From Octopus vulgaris (lineage: Eukaryota): 64,000 nucleotides of DNA. The DNA is taken from contig OX597840.1 in the NCBI GenBank assembly GCA_951406725.2, forward strand, positions 9,796,001 to 9,860,000, given 5' to 3'. This document shows positions 39,771 to 52,499 of the stretch, piece by piece (position 1 is the stretch's first letter; each line of letters opens with the position of its first letter). A program made the translations under genes and the position numbers. The notes beneath the pieces are model-generated. The model saw nothing but the letters and a program-made list of their open reading frames with translations, ran no database searches and was not told where the DNA came from.

Positions 39771-42119
39771 TATATGTATATATATATATTTTTTTTATCG
39801 GAAATATATATCTATATCTATAATCTATATACTATCTCGAAACACGAGGTTAGCTGCTTGAATTATGAGAAATCATATCAATAAATGTAACAACTGATTT
39901 AATTACGAAAATTAATTAAAGGAAAAACGTTTCTAATCCGAGGTCGGTGGCGAAAAACATAATTTTAATAATTTTCGGACACGTAGAAATTATTTTTGCC
40001 TCATTAAAAATATATCTGATAAAGGAATTTGTAAGATAACAACTTAAAAAGAATTTTAATTAAAGAGTTAAATTAGCTATGGGTCAGTGCTATCGATAGG
40101 GTGGTGGGTAAAGACGCCTTTAGGGATTTAGTTAAGTCCCTTTACATTGTAAGTTCAAATCCGGCCAAGTTCAACTTATTTATTTATTGTGGGTTTTATG
40201 TTTGATGAAAGAAAATGCCAACTAGATACTGGGGGACAGTTATTTTTTGGTCTTTTCGTTCTTTTATATAATTCCTTCCATGTTTCAGGAAAGACTACAA
40301 GAATCTCTCTCTCTTTCTCTCTCTCTCCTCCCTCACATCTCCAGACACATGTTCGGTATTTCAATTTAAAGACCCCAGGTAGGGCTAAAGAGGGGAAAAA
40401 AAACAAAAACCCCAAAAAGCTGATTCCTCTTGGACAAGACTCGAACTCAGATCGGTAAAACAGGAGGTAATTTATACGGTTACAGCCACGCATACAGATA
40501 CTCCAACATACCCCTTCCTCCAAAATATGTTAAGCCATTTTGGCAGAATCGCTAGATTTGTCAGAAAAATTCTTTGTGGTATTTCTTCACAGTTTTTTTT
40601 ATGTTCCGAGTTCAAATCCTGTCGAGGTTAGCACTGCCTTTCATTCCTCCAGGATCGTTAAAACATAATACCAGGTAAATGTTAAACACAGGGGTCAATT
40701 TTAGCGATCGATATGTAACCCTTGCAAATTCTGGCCTTATGTCGAAATCGGAAACATTTAGTAATTATTTTTAGTCTCTTTGTAATTAATAAAGAAATAC
40801 ATTAATTATTATTATTATTATAATTAATAAAATACGGAGACACCTCTCAGAAAACAGGCAGTCCTGTACTAATATACGTATTACATATTAATAATAGTAT
40901 TTTCTTTATCAACCACTGCTTTAAGGGTACATGCAAAAATCGGGGACGATACAATGAGGGGTTACATAAAGGAGCATGTAATGAGAAGAAAAAACAATTA
41001 ATAATAGTAATAATGATTTTTTTTATTTGCCACAGGGGTATCTAAAGGGTGGGACATTACAAAACAGTTTGTAATTTGTAGGGGTTTGGATAAAAGATTA
41101 AGGGAAGAAGGAGGAAAAGGCAGTGAAATGAGAAAAGGGGACATATAGGATATAATATATAAATAATAAAAATAATGGTTTTGGAAGTAAGAAGAGAGAA
41201 AATAGAAAGATATTGATGAGAACAATAATTGATATGAAGAGGTAATTAAAGGATTTAAAATGATAAATTAATTAAGCTTTACCTTGTGGTTATGGGTTGT
41301 GAAATTCGATGTAGAAATAGAAATGTAATTGAAGGTGTGATTTGTTGGAACAACGGCGACGTGGTTTCGGTTTAAGTGCTTGTTTTCCGTAACGCGAGTC
41401 TGGAGGTGGCGGCGGCGGTGATGAAGGTGGTGGTGGTGGAGGTGGTCTTTGTGTCAAAGAACAGAGCCAGGGAGGTTCTGTCTGGCTAAGTATGTATGTG
41501 GGTGGGAGGGCCTTCACAGGAGGATTATCTTAAATAATCTGGTGTTCGAAGGGGGGGAAGGGTTAGGGATGGCTAATCTGCAGAGATCAGGGCAGATAGG
41601 TAACCCATATAAAACATTAAGGAGCCCCAACAAAAGATCCCTTCTTTTTTTGGTTCAGGGAATAAACAACAACATCAGATGACTACTAGGCGGTGTAGGC
41701 TGATGTAATCGTTCCTACTGTTAAAAAGTTCCGGATAATTTAAGCTTCTTGCGTGTGTGTGTCACACAGTCAGTCCGCCTAACTGAATTATTATTTTTTT
41801 TTTTTTTTCATTTTATCTAGTTTCAGCTCACGAGCTGTGGCCATGCTGGGGCACCGCCGAATTGCTTTCCGTTCTTTTGTTTCTTTATTTCTTTTTGCTT
41901 ATAATTCTCTTAATATTTCTATTTTTTTCTTTCTGCTTTCATTCTTATTTTACTTTTTTTCTTTTCTTTCTTGCGTTTTCCTTTCTTTCACTCTGTTTTT
42001 CTCTCTTTCTTTTCTTCTTTCTGCCTGCCTGCTTGCCTGCTTGCCTGCCTGCCTGCCTGTCTGCCTGCTTGTTCCTTCTTCCTATCACAGCCCCAATTCT
42101 AAGATATTATAATTTTTTT

Positions 42120-43022
42120 TTTCCTTCTCGAGCCATCCCTGGCTCATAAGGGCCGGTTTCCCGGTTTCCTTGGCGTATAGGTTCCCCACCTGGACAGGAC
42201 GCCGGTCCGTCGCAGGTGAGCTGCAAGATGCAGGAGGAAAGAGTGAGAGAAAGTTGTGGCGAAAGAGTCAGCAGAAGTTTCGCCATTACCTTCTGCTGGA
42301 CCCGCGTGGAGCTTAGGTGTTTCACTCATAAACACACACATCGCCCAGTCTGAGATTCGAACCCTCGATCCCTTGACTGTAAGTCTAGGCCATGTGCCCC
42401 CACTATATATATGCCTGGTTCATAAGGGCCAGTTTCCCGGTTTCCTTGGCATATAGGTTCCCCACCTGGACGGGACACTGGTCCATTGCAGGTGAGCTGC
42501 AAGATGCAGGAGGAAAGAGTGAAAGAAAGTTGTGGCGAAAGAGTCAGCAGAAGTTTGCCATTATCTTCTGCCGGAGCTGCGTGGAGCTTAGGTGTTTTGC
42601 TCATAAACACACACATCGCCCGGTCTGAGATTTGAACCTGCGATCCCTCAACTGCGTGGCCACTGCTCTAACCACTGAGCCATGTGCCTCCATTACGATA
42701 TTATAATCCTTTTTATTTATTTATTTATGTGCCCTTTTCAAGTCTAGCCAGGCTCATGGGCCCGCGTTCCCCGGTTTCTGTGCCGTATGTATCCCCACCC
42801 CCATCTGGACAGGACGCCAGTCCATCGCAGCGTTACTCAAGAAACAGGAAGAGAGAGTGAGAGAAAGTTGGGGCGAAAGAGTACAACAGGGGTCTCCAAC
42901 ACCCCCTGCCGGAGCCTCATAGAGCTTTAGGTGTTTTTGCTCAATAAACACTCACAATGCCCGGTCTGGGAATCAAAACCACGAGTCCGCTGCCCTAACC
43001 ACTGAGCCATTGTGCCTCCACA
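42120..43022 (-). mobile_element. Three tandem SINE family C copies
   Basis: The unit ggctcataagggcc...aggtgttt..ctcataaacac..ccatgtgcctcca occurs three times. Confidence 0.8.
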
Positions 43023-43559
43023 TTATAATCCTCTACATGCTAATATTTCCCTGTCTTCAGTCCAAAGCAGTGGTTCCCAAAGTAGCTGGTATTGCTCCCC
43101 TGGGGGCGTTGGAAAGTTCCAAGGAGGTGTTGAAGAAAAGTGGGGCAAAAATGGGGATAACGATTCATGTAAAAATAGGGGCCATAATGGGGGTGGCGAT
43201 TCATGTAAAAGCAACAAAATAATTGGTTCATACTCTTTTACCCTTTTACTTGTTTCAGTCATTTGACTGTGGCTAAGCTGGAGCACCGCCTTTAGTCGAG
43301 CAAATCAACCCCAGGACTTATTCTTCGTAAGCCTAGTACTTATTCCATCGGTCTCTTTTGCTGAACCGCTAAGTTATTGCCTTTTGGTCATCCCCCTTGT
43401 ACATTGCCGACAAAGCACGTTCACTGTCTATGGCTACCTGGTGTCATCCACTGTAATTGCGCAGTCGTTGCTGGATGTACGTTAGGAATTCCTCAGAGCC
43501 TGTTGAGTGTAATGAGAAACAACGGATATGGAAGACAGAGTATGCTGGAAACTTTATTT

Positions 43560-43655
43560 ATCACAACGACCGTTTCGATACCTCCTGTACCATTCCCTCG
43601 TGGGTGGGGGCCACTATAGAATGAGTCACAGTGCAGAAACTTCTCTTCAGGTAAT
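43560..43655 (-). ncRNA. Hammerhead ribozyme motif (third family, long helix II)
   Basis: Minus strand: AUUAC-CUGAAGA-GAAGUUUCUG...CAGGAGGUAUC-GAAAC-GGUC-GUU-GUGAU. Lies inside the 43510-43800 inverted repeat. Confidence 0.5.
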
Positions 43656-44240
43656 GTAACGAGAAACTCAGTTTCTCGTTACATAAGTAATGTTTCATAT
43701 AGTTTCCCACCCATGAGGGAGCGATACAGGATATCTTGAAACGGCTGTTGTGGCAAAAAAGTTTCCAGCATACTCTATCTCCGTATCCATTATTCCTACT
43801 ATATATCTATATCTATCATCATCATCATTTAACGTTCGCTTTCCATGCTAGCATGGGTTGGACGATTTGACTGAGGTCTGGCAAACCAGACTCCAATCTG
43901 ATCTGGCTGAGTTTCTACAGCTGGATGCCCTTCCTAATGCCAACCACTCTGAGAGTGTAGTGGGTGCTTTTACGTGCCACCGGCCCGAGGGCCAGTTTGG
44001 TGGTACTGGCAACAGCCACGCCCATATCTATATCTATATCTATATCTATCTATCTATCTATCTATCTATCTCTCTCTCTATATATATATAATCAAAATAA
44101 GCAACAAGGATATCCAAAGGTAATGCAGTTGCTTATTTTGATTATAATCACCCCATTTTGAATTATATGGATAATCCCATACTAAATTCTGGTGCCTTTA
44201 ACTTAAGTACTATATTCAACTGAATGTACATTTTTACTGA

Positions 44241-44287
<47 letters not shown>

Positions 44288-44494
44288 AGTGGCCTCGTGT
44301 GTACCGTTGGCGATTTTTTTCCCTCTGTCTTCCCTTCTCTGGATCTTTCCTTCTCCTATGTTTCCGACGAAGATCTCCGCTCGAAACGTTAAACCCTCCT
44401 TCTTTCCTTCTTTCCTGAGTGTCCAAGAATACTATATTTGTTCCACGTCCTCGCGTTGTTGTGTTTTTTTGTGCTTTCTTGTTTGGATTAGCTT

Positions 44495-44529
<35 letters not shown>

Positions 44530-45636
44530 TGGTAAAAACGGTAAGACAACAAAAGAAAGAAAGAGACCTCAATATTATGTAAATAGAGGAAATTTATCTG
44601 TGAAATAATATGTGACAATTATTCGGTAGCCAAGATAAAACTCTGAGTTTCGGATGCTGAGGTGGAAATACACACCACCATCTCTTCGTAGCGTTTTTCA
44701 GATGGCCAGATAACCGAAGAGATGGTGTTGTGGATTTCCACCTCAGCATCTGAAACTCAGAGTGTTATCTTGGCTACCGAATAACTGTCTTATTTCAAGA
44801 TTTCTTCCCAATAGAGAAAGAGCTGGTTTCTAACCTAGATTCAAGGCTCCTTCATTGGAATTTCAGCATGAACAATAGTATATTTTTGTTTGTACATATG
44901 TATCTCTTATATTTTTTAATTATTGTTGTAAATCTTCCACTGAAGAGGGAGCTGGTTTCCGGCAAAGATACAAGGCTCCATCTTTGGGATGAACTTAATA
45001 CAGACAAATTCACATTTGGAACTCGAGAAAAGTTTCGCATATATGTATGTATGTCAGTCAGTTTTATGCCAATAAAGAAAGAGCCTGTTTCTAATCTAGC
45101 TCCAATTTAATGGAATTTCAACATCAACAACAGGGTATTTTTGTTTGTATGTATGTATGTATATGTGCAGATTTGTACATTTTCCTTTATGTATGTATTC
45201 TCATGTATATTGTTGCATATCTAGACATGCTCATATATATCTAAATGCTAAACTTCTGGAAAGTTTTACAGATTTTTATAGTTCCAGTGATGGATTGGAT
45301 CTGTAGTCTTCAAATTAGCTTTCTCCTTTCTGGCTTTGAGAACCCTAATTTCTCAAGATTTGTATTTAAGCAGTGTGTTACATGTATGTATGTTTATAGT
45401 AAAGAAATAGGTATTTTGTTTGTCTTTACGTTCTGAGTTCAAATTCAGTATTGGTCAGTAATAATGGGTATTTTTGAAATGAAATTTTGCAGAGTCACAT
45501 TTTGAAATTTGTTGATAAATATAATATTGATAAGAAATTAAACATGAAATTGTTTGTTTAACTGACTTGGTACAAACGCACAAGATTCACTACCATCTTT
45601 CCGACAATAACTTTAGCTACTTTTTTGAATTCAATA

Positions 45637-46136
45637 CTCTTTTACTCTTTTACTTGTTTCAGTCATTTGATTGCGGCCATGCTGGAGCACCGCCCTTAGT
45701 TGAGCAAATCGACCCCAGGACTTATTCTTTGTAAGCCTAGTACTTATTCCATCGGTCTCTTTTGCTGAACCGCTAGGTTACGGGGACGTAAACACACCAG
45801 CATCGGTTGTCAAGTGATGTTGGGGGGACAAACAGACACACAAACATACACACACACATACATACATACATACACACATATATATATATATATATATATG
45901 ATGATATATATATTAATATGTGTGTGTGTGTGTATGTGTGTGTATATATATATATACATACATACATATATACGACAAGCTTCTTTTCAGTTTCCGTCTA
46001 CCAAATCCACTCACAAGGCTTTGGTCGGCCCGAGGCTATAGTAGGATACACTTGCTCAAGGTGCCATGCAGTGGGACTGAACCTGGAACCATGTGGTTCG
46101 TAAGCAAGCTACTTACCACACAGCCACTCCTACGCC
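45637..46136 (-). mobile_element. SINE family A
   Basis: Full-length match with an expanded internal microsatellite. Confidence 0.85.
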
Positions 46137-46601
46137 TATCAACATGACTCATGGATATGCTTATAAAATCAAAAAACAGCATAGCATCCATGACTTTTGG
46201 AAACATTTTCATGCTCAGAAATGTTAAAACATGGAATAAATTATCTACATTGGTTGTTAGATGTCAGGACACTGCATCCTTCAAAAATTCCATGTTTTCT
46301 AAAATTCACCAACATAACTCCCAGCGTGTCTATTCACCCTCTGTATGGCACTTTTACAGTTCCTTTTAAAGTTTTCGTTTTGTGTTTTACTGTTTTCATT
46401 GTACTTATAAATATTGGAAACTTGTTTCCGTCGGGTGGATCCTAGCCATCCTCCTTTTTATCTGGGTTTTCATAGGTTTCTGGTTCGATTGTTCCCACAA
46501 GGCTGCTTTTTACGTGAGTCTGTTTTGCCATCACACCCAAACAATGTTCCAAAGACATCTATTCTTAAACGTCTTGCCATCTATTTATTCAGAGACAAAG
46601 C

Positions 46602-46888
46602 AGTTGTATACTGTCAACTTAATGTGGCAGTCCCATGAAGGGAATCGCACCACTGCTATTTAACCCTAGGAAGCAGCAACGCTTCCTGTCAGCCTTGACA
46701 CATTTCCTGTGTCCTTATGATTACAAGGGAGAGACAAGCACCTCCGCTGAGTTAGTCTCTCCCTTGTAAACATAAGGACACAGGGAATGTATCAAGGCCG
46801 ACAGGAAGCGTTGATGCTTCCTAGGGCTAAATAGCAGTGGTGTGATTCCCTTCATGGGACTGTCACATTAAGTTGACAATATACAACT
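46602..46888. repeat. Fold-back palindrome (~135-bp arms)
   Basis: agttgtatactgtcaacttaatgtg...caagggagagac pairs with gtctctcccttg...cacattaagttgacaatatacaact. Confidence 0.9.
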
Positions 46889-47988
46889 TCTCTATCGTAC
46901 CACTACTGCTTTATATCTCTCTGAGATATTTAGAAATGTATTATTTCTATTCAGAGACATCTATTCGTAAATGTCTGAATTTTGTCGATGGAAAACTTTA
47001 TGACCCGCCATGTTTCATACACATACATCAAAACTGTCCCTATGTTCGTATTAAAGATCCTAGCTTTGTGCTTGTTGACAAGGTGTGTGAGCCCTTAAAT
47101 TGGTACGAGCATCTTAAAGACTGCTGTGGCTTTCGAAATCCCTCTCTATTTTTATGCTCTGTCCTGCTTTGCCTATGATGTGAAATGACTTAGATTTTCA
47201 TTTTACCCTTCTCTTATTGGGAAGCTTTCTAACATCATAAAGCAATTCCCCTAATGTATACCCTGAGGGAGACAAAAGCATGGCAGACCAAAAGCAACCT
47301 GGACAAAATCTACAGAAACTAGAACACTGACAGGTGACTACAAATGAGACCAATAGCAATCTAGTAACTGAAACAAGTAACAAAATAAAAAAAAAATAAA
47401 TGATATTAAGAACAGTAAAGTCTATATGCCAACAGAATGTGTTAGTCCTATAAAGGACAATGTTGTTTTAAGTCCCAGGAAAACATCTTTTCCAGCTGGC
47501 TATCGACACACAGTTTGTGTCTGTATAGCATCTGCAAGGGAGGTCATTGTTCCCATCTCTAACCTTACCTGATACTCACTGACCCGGGTTTCTGGATGGT
47601 TACCCATCCTCAGTGTGAGACAATCAGAGGCTAGTGACAAAAACAATACATAAAGAAAAAAAAAGAAATAATGTTAGGTGGGGCCCTGAACAGCAGTTGT
47701 TCCCTTAGTATTTTTATCTGAGATTCAAACCAAGTTCAGTCTAACTCAAAGGGAGTGGTGATGGTGGCAGTGGGAGGTAGTGAGGATTGGAAAGCGGGTG
47801 GGGAGAGGATGGACAAACTGCCGTGTTTCATTCTTTTTTTTATTCTTTCATTCCTTTCAGTCATGCAGTTGCGGTCATGCTGGAGCAAGAGTTTTTAAAT
47901 ATGTTTTAAAATCTTAAGCAACAACATGATAAAAAAAAAAGGTGTAACTTCGGTATAGGTACCGGATACGTTTCAAGAAAGTGTTTTT

Positions 47989-48412
47989 GGATCTTTTCCT
48001 TTTGCACGGCAGTTTTTAACATAATTTCTAGGTAACTAAACACTTTTAAACCTCGTATACTGGCAGAATGTGTTTATAAAACATCTTTTTCTCTTGGCTT
48101 TATTGAGAAAATTCTATGGTTTGTAAGATATTTGTTGTTGTTTTTCTTCAGTTTCTGCAATTTCAACCAAACCAATCAATGACGTCTATTGAGGTAAAAA
48201 ACATTCTGTGCCGTATGAATATGTCCCTTGTTTAAGAAACAGATTGGGTTTATTTACATTTGTGCTTCACAAAAAAGATACCCTTCTCCCCCACCCCTAA
48301 CCCTAACCTTAAAACAGATAGAAATGCAATAGATCGATACTAGGGTCATAATTATGGGTGACAATTTCATATAACACCGCTAGAAAAACTGCCATTCAAA
48401 CCGAAAAGATCC
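47989..48412. mobile_element. Non-autonomous TIR element with an internal CCCTAA run
   Basis: TIRs ggatcttttcctttgcacggcagttttt and aaaaactgccattcaaaccgaaaagatcc. An internal fragment recurs at ~10620-10750. Confidence 0.7.
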
Positions 48413-48486
48413 TATTGCTGGTTTTGTGTCCAAATTCGAAAGCTTAGGTTCGAGAAACGGCTGGTTTGTTACCCCTTGTTTTAAAG

Positions 48487-48826
48487 TAGGTACGGACAAC
48501 CTTTAATAAAAAAAGCGGGCCGCATGAGAACGTCTCCTCATCAGGCGGGCCGCACTATTAAAAAAAAATTTAAGTAACTTTCCGTTTAAGCGCGGCAATC
48601 GGCAAGACCCGCGGGCCGCACTATTAATAAAAAAAATTCAGTAACTTTTCGTTTAAGCGCGTCAATCGGAAAGTCCCGCGGGCCGCACTATTAAAAAAAA
48701 ATTTAGTAACTTTTCGTTTAAGCGCGGCAATCGGCAAGACCCGCGGGCCGCATTATTAAAAAAAAAAATTCAGTAACTTTTCGTTTAAGCGCGGCAATCG
48801 GAAAGTCCCGCGGGCCGCAGGTTGTG
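48487..48826. mobile_element. hAT-like MITE remnant with four internal ~65-bp CpG-rich tandem repeats
   Basis: Ends ...ggacaaccttt...gcgggccgca and gcgggccgcaggttg resemble Charlie-type hAT termini. Internal unit gcgggccgcactattaaaaaaa...gtaacttttcgtttaagcgcggcaatcgg. Confidence 0.55.
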
Positions 48827-48928
48827 TTTCTATGGAATATGTTAAAGCTGTTAAAATAAGGGACATAACTCCTTGACGTCTTAAAATTTAAAAACTTTAA
48901 GAGTTCTTTCCCTTCGTTTATTAAATTT

Positions 48929-48965
48929 AAATGGCGGAAGGCTTCTCTGTTCGTTGCTAAGCAAT
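48929..48965 (+). promoter_or_regulatory. YY1-like motif plus RFX X-box-like element upstream of the CCDC89-like gene
   Basis: AAATGGCGG (48929-48937) and GTTGCTAAGCAAT (48953-48965, close to the RFX site GTTGCTAGGCAAC), ending 23 nt before the candidate ATG. Confidence 0.4.
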
Positions 48966-48988
48966 AACAACAAACTTAAACGCTTTAA

Positions 48989-49054
48989 ATGAACATGACC
49001 ACCACTATTGTACCAAAAGACGGATTGTCAATAAGTCAGACGTGTGTCATTCAG
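48989..49054 (+). CDS. Candidate first coding exon of the CCDC89-like gene (MNMTTTIVPKDGLSISQTCVIQ)
   Basis: 22 codons ending in a perfect CAG|GTAAGT donor. Phase 0 matches the phase-0 acceptor at 54551. Confidence 0.5.
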
Positions 49055-49858
49055 GTAAGTATATTTACAATCAAGTATTTTCTGGTGTTTGTAATTGTTG
49101 TTCAGTCGTAAAACCAGTCGGCCTACGATCATAGACGTTCCAGTCGTGACCATTCCATTTTTTTTATTCAGGCATAGTGTATCTAGGACTACATTATCTA
49201 ATGTGTATTTCCTTGTGTAATTGCTGTTGTTTAGACCTGGGTGAAACCTCAACGAACAGATCTTTTAATCAAAGGCGTTCCAGCCGTGACCAACCTGTCT
49301 TTTTATATACAGACACTGTGTACCTAAGATAATATTATCTAATGTGACCTTCTTTGTTGTTGTTATTTAGCCCTAGGTAAGCCCTAATCCTGTCGAGCTA
49401 CAATCAAAGATGCTGTAGGCGTGATCAATCCACATGTGACCTTCCCATTGTTTAAATTTAAACTGTGGAATGTAATATGATGGAGATTCGATTATTATTT
49501 CTAGCAGGTCGAGTGACCACGTAGAGGTTTCTGTCATATTGGTCTCATTTTGGTACAGGGCCAACAATTTCGGGGGACGGGGCTAAGTCAATAACATCGA
49601 CCCCAGTACTTGACTAGTTCGTATTTAATCGACCCCGAAAGAATGAAAGCTAAAATCGACCTCGGTGGAATTTGAACTCAGAACGTCGAGATAGACAAAA
49701 TATTTTAACAAATTTTGCCCGGTGTGCTAACGATTCTGCCAACACGTCTCTATCAAGAGGTTTCCGTTGTGGAGTCGGCTGTCGTTGTTCTTTAGTCACG
49801 CTTGACCAAGTACACACATACACACAAACACATCATATACACACATAAACACCTTTTT

Positions 49859-49894
<36 letters not shown>

Positions 49895-50039
49895 TTTTTT
49901 GTCCTCTTTCTTTCCATTTACGATCCCTTTTGATCGAAAACCAAACCCCCTTCTTTTACCCCCAAAAGAAAAACTCTACCTTGTAATTTTGTCCTGTCTG
50001 TGTGCAGCCCTGTGTGGCTAATAAAGAGACATATCTACC

Positions 50040-50088
<49 letters not shown>

Positions 50089-50199
50089 ATCTGTCAGTCA
50101 CTCTCCCACACTCTCTCTCTTTCTCTCTCACTCTTGCTATATATATATACACCAGCTTGTTTATACACGTCATCGTCTTTTGTTTTTCTGTAAATTTCA

Positions 50200-50812
50200 A
50201 CGTGGTAAGAAGTTTGCTTACCAACCACATGGTTACGGGTTCAGTCCCACTGCGTGGCACCTTGGTCAAGTGTCTTCTGCTATAGCATTAGGCTGGGCAA
50301 AATCTTGTGAGTGGATCTGGTAGACGGAAACTGAAAGAAGCCCGTCGTATATATAAGGCGATGCTCCAGCATGGCCGTAGTCAAATGACAGAAACAAGTA
50401 AAAGAATAAAAGAATATATATACATAGGCATAGGAGTGGTTGTGTGGTAAGTAACTTGCTTCCCGACCACATAGTTCTGGGTTCAGTCCCACTGCGTGGC
50501 ACCTTGGGAAAGTGTCTTCTACTACATCCCCGGGCCGACCAAAGCCTTGTGAGTGGATTTGGTTGACGGAAACTGAAAGAAGCCCGTCGTGTGTGTGTAT
50601 ATTTGTGTGTCTGTGTTTATCCCCCCCCCCCCCAGCATCGCTTGATGACCTATTCTGGTGTGTTTACGTCCCCGTAACTTAGCAGTTCTGCAAAATAGAC
50701 CGATATAATAAGTACTGGGCTTACAAAAGAATAAGTCCCGGGATCGATTTGCTCGACTAAAGGCGGTGCTCCAGCATGGCCACAGTCAAATGACTGAAAC
50801 AAGTAAAAGAGT
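50200..50812 (+). mobile_element. Two tandem SINE family A copies (first internally deleted)
   Basis: Head repeated at ~50200 and ~50430. Confidence 0.8.
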
Positions 50813-51115
50813 AAACGGGAGTACATACACGCACATACATATACATTTACACACGTACATATATACATACACATATATGCATGTAGGTGTGTATGTGTGT
50901 GTGTGTATGTGTGTGTGTGTGTCTTTCAAGTTAAAGCTTTAGTCTTTAGTCTTTATATTCAGTAAATCCATCACAAATCCCTTCTGTTCGACTGATCTCC
51001 CTTTCCACACTGTCAACACTAGGAGATGATGACCTGTTGTGGTGGGGGGTGGGTGGGGGTGAGTCAGACGGCTACAACAGCTGACTCACGATGACCCGGT
51101 CAAGATCACACCGCT

Positions 51116-51143
51116 TCCACCACCACCACCACCACCACCATCC

Positions 51144-51211
<68 letters not shown>

Positions 51212-51261
51212 ACTACTACTACTACTACTACTACTATTACTACTACTACTACTACTACTAG

Positions 51262-51293
<32 letters not shown>

Positions 51294-51334
51294 ATACTGC
51301 TGCTGCTGCTGCTACTACTACTACTACTACCACC

Positions 51335-51417
<83 letters not shown>

Positions 51418-51436
51418 CCCTACTACTACTACCACC

Positions 51437-51481
<45 letters not shown>

Positions 51482-51499
51482 CCTACTACTACTACCACC

Positions 51500-51558
<59 letters not shown>

Positions 51559-51559
51559 C

Positions 51560-51622
<63 letters not shown>
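51116..51622. repeat. (TAC)n/(CAC)n/(TGC)n compound trinucleotide repeat
   Basis: Directly visible. Confidence 0.95.
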
Positions 51623-52029
51623 GTCTTAAGCATGGCAACGCGGGTACGCCTGCACAGACGTGCTAGAAATAGGATCCAAATTTACCTCGAATCGCCGTCG
51701 ACTCTCTGAAATATGGGAAACCAGTCAGACAATGTAAATAACCTATCAGAGTTATTTCGGGATTACATTATGTTGACAGGATGGGCATGGTTAGAATGTC
51801 TTTGATCGGGTGTTAGTGTGAGATGATAATTCCTGTGAAACCAACGCGCGAGCGCGCACGCGTACGCACACATTCATATGCGTGGTGCCACGTAATACAC
51901 ACACATACACACACACACATACACACACATACACACACACATACACACACACATATACACACACACATACACACACACACATATATATATGTATATATAT
52001 ATATATATATACTCTCTCTCTCTCTCTCT

Positions 52030-52239
52030 CTCTTTTACTTGTTTCAGTCATTTGTACTGTGGCCATGCTGGAGCACCGCCTTGAGTCGAACAAATCGACC
52101 CCAGGACTTATTCTTTGTAAGCCTAGTACTTATTCTATCGGTCTCTTGTGCCAAACCGCTAAGTTACGGGGACATAAACACACCAGCACCGGTTGTCAAA
52201 CGATGTTGGTGGGACAAACACAGACATACAAACATATAT

Positions 52240-52316
<77 letters not shown>

Positions 52317-52482
52317 TAGGATGGGCTTCTTTCAGTTTCCGTCTGCCAAATCCACTCACAAGGCTTTGGTCGACCTGAGGCTATAGTAGAAGACACTTAC
52401 CCAAGGTGCCACTCAGTGGGACTGAACCCGGAACCATGTGGCTGGTAAGCAAGCTACTTACCGCGCAGCCACTCCTGCGCCT
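52030..52482 (-). mobile_element. SINE family A
   Basis: Full-length match; inverted relative to the 50.2-50.8 kb copies. Confidence 0.85.
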
Positions 52483-52499
52483 GAGTATACGTGTGGAGA

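Noticed and set aside
41290-41517. Pro-rich 75-aa ORF
   Set aside because: Short, driven by (GGT)n, with no splice support or recognisable domain.
48293-48313. Telomere-like CCCTAA repeats
   Set aside because: Only 2-3 units, internal to a TIR element.
51106-51633. Poly-Val ORF
   Set aside because: (GTA)n/(GTG)n repeat artefact.
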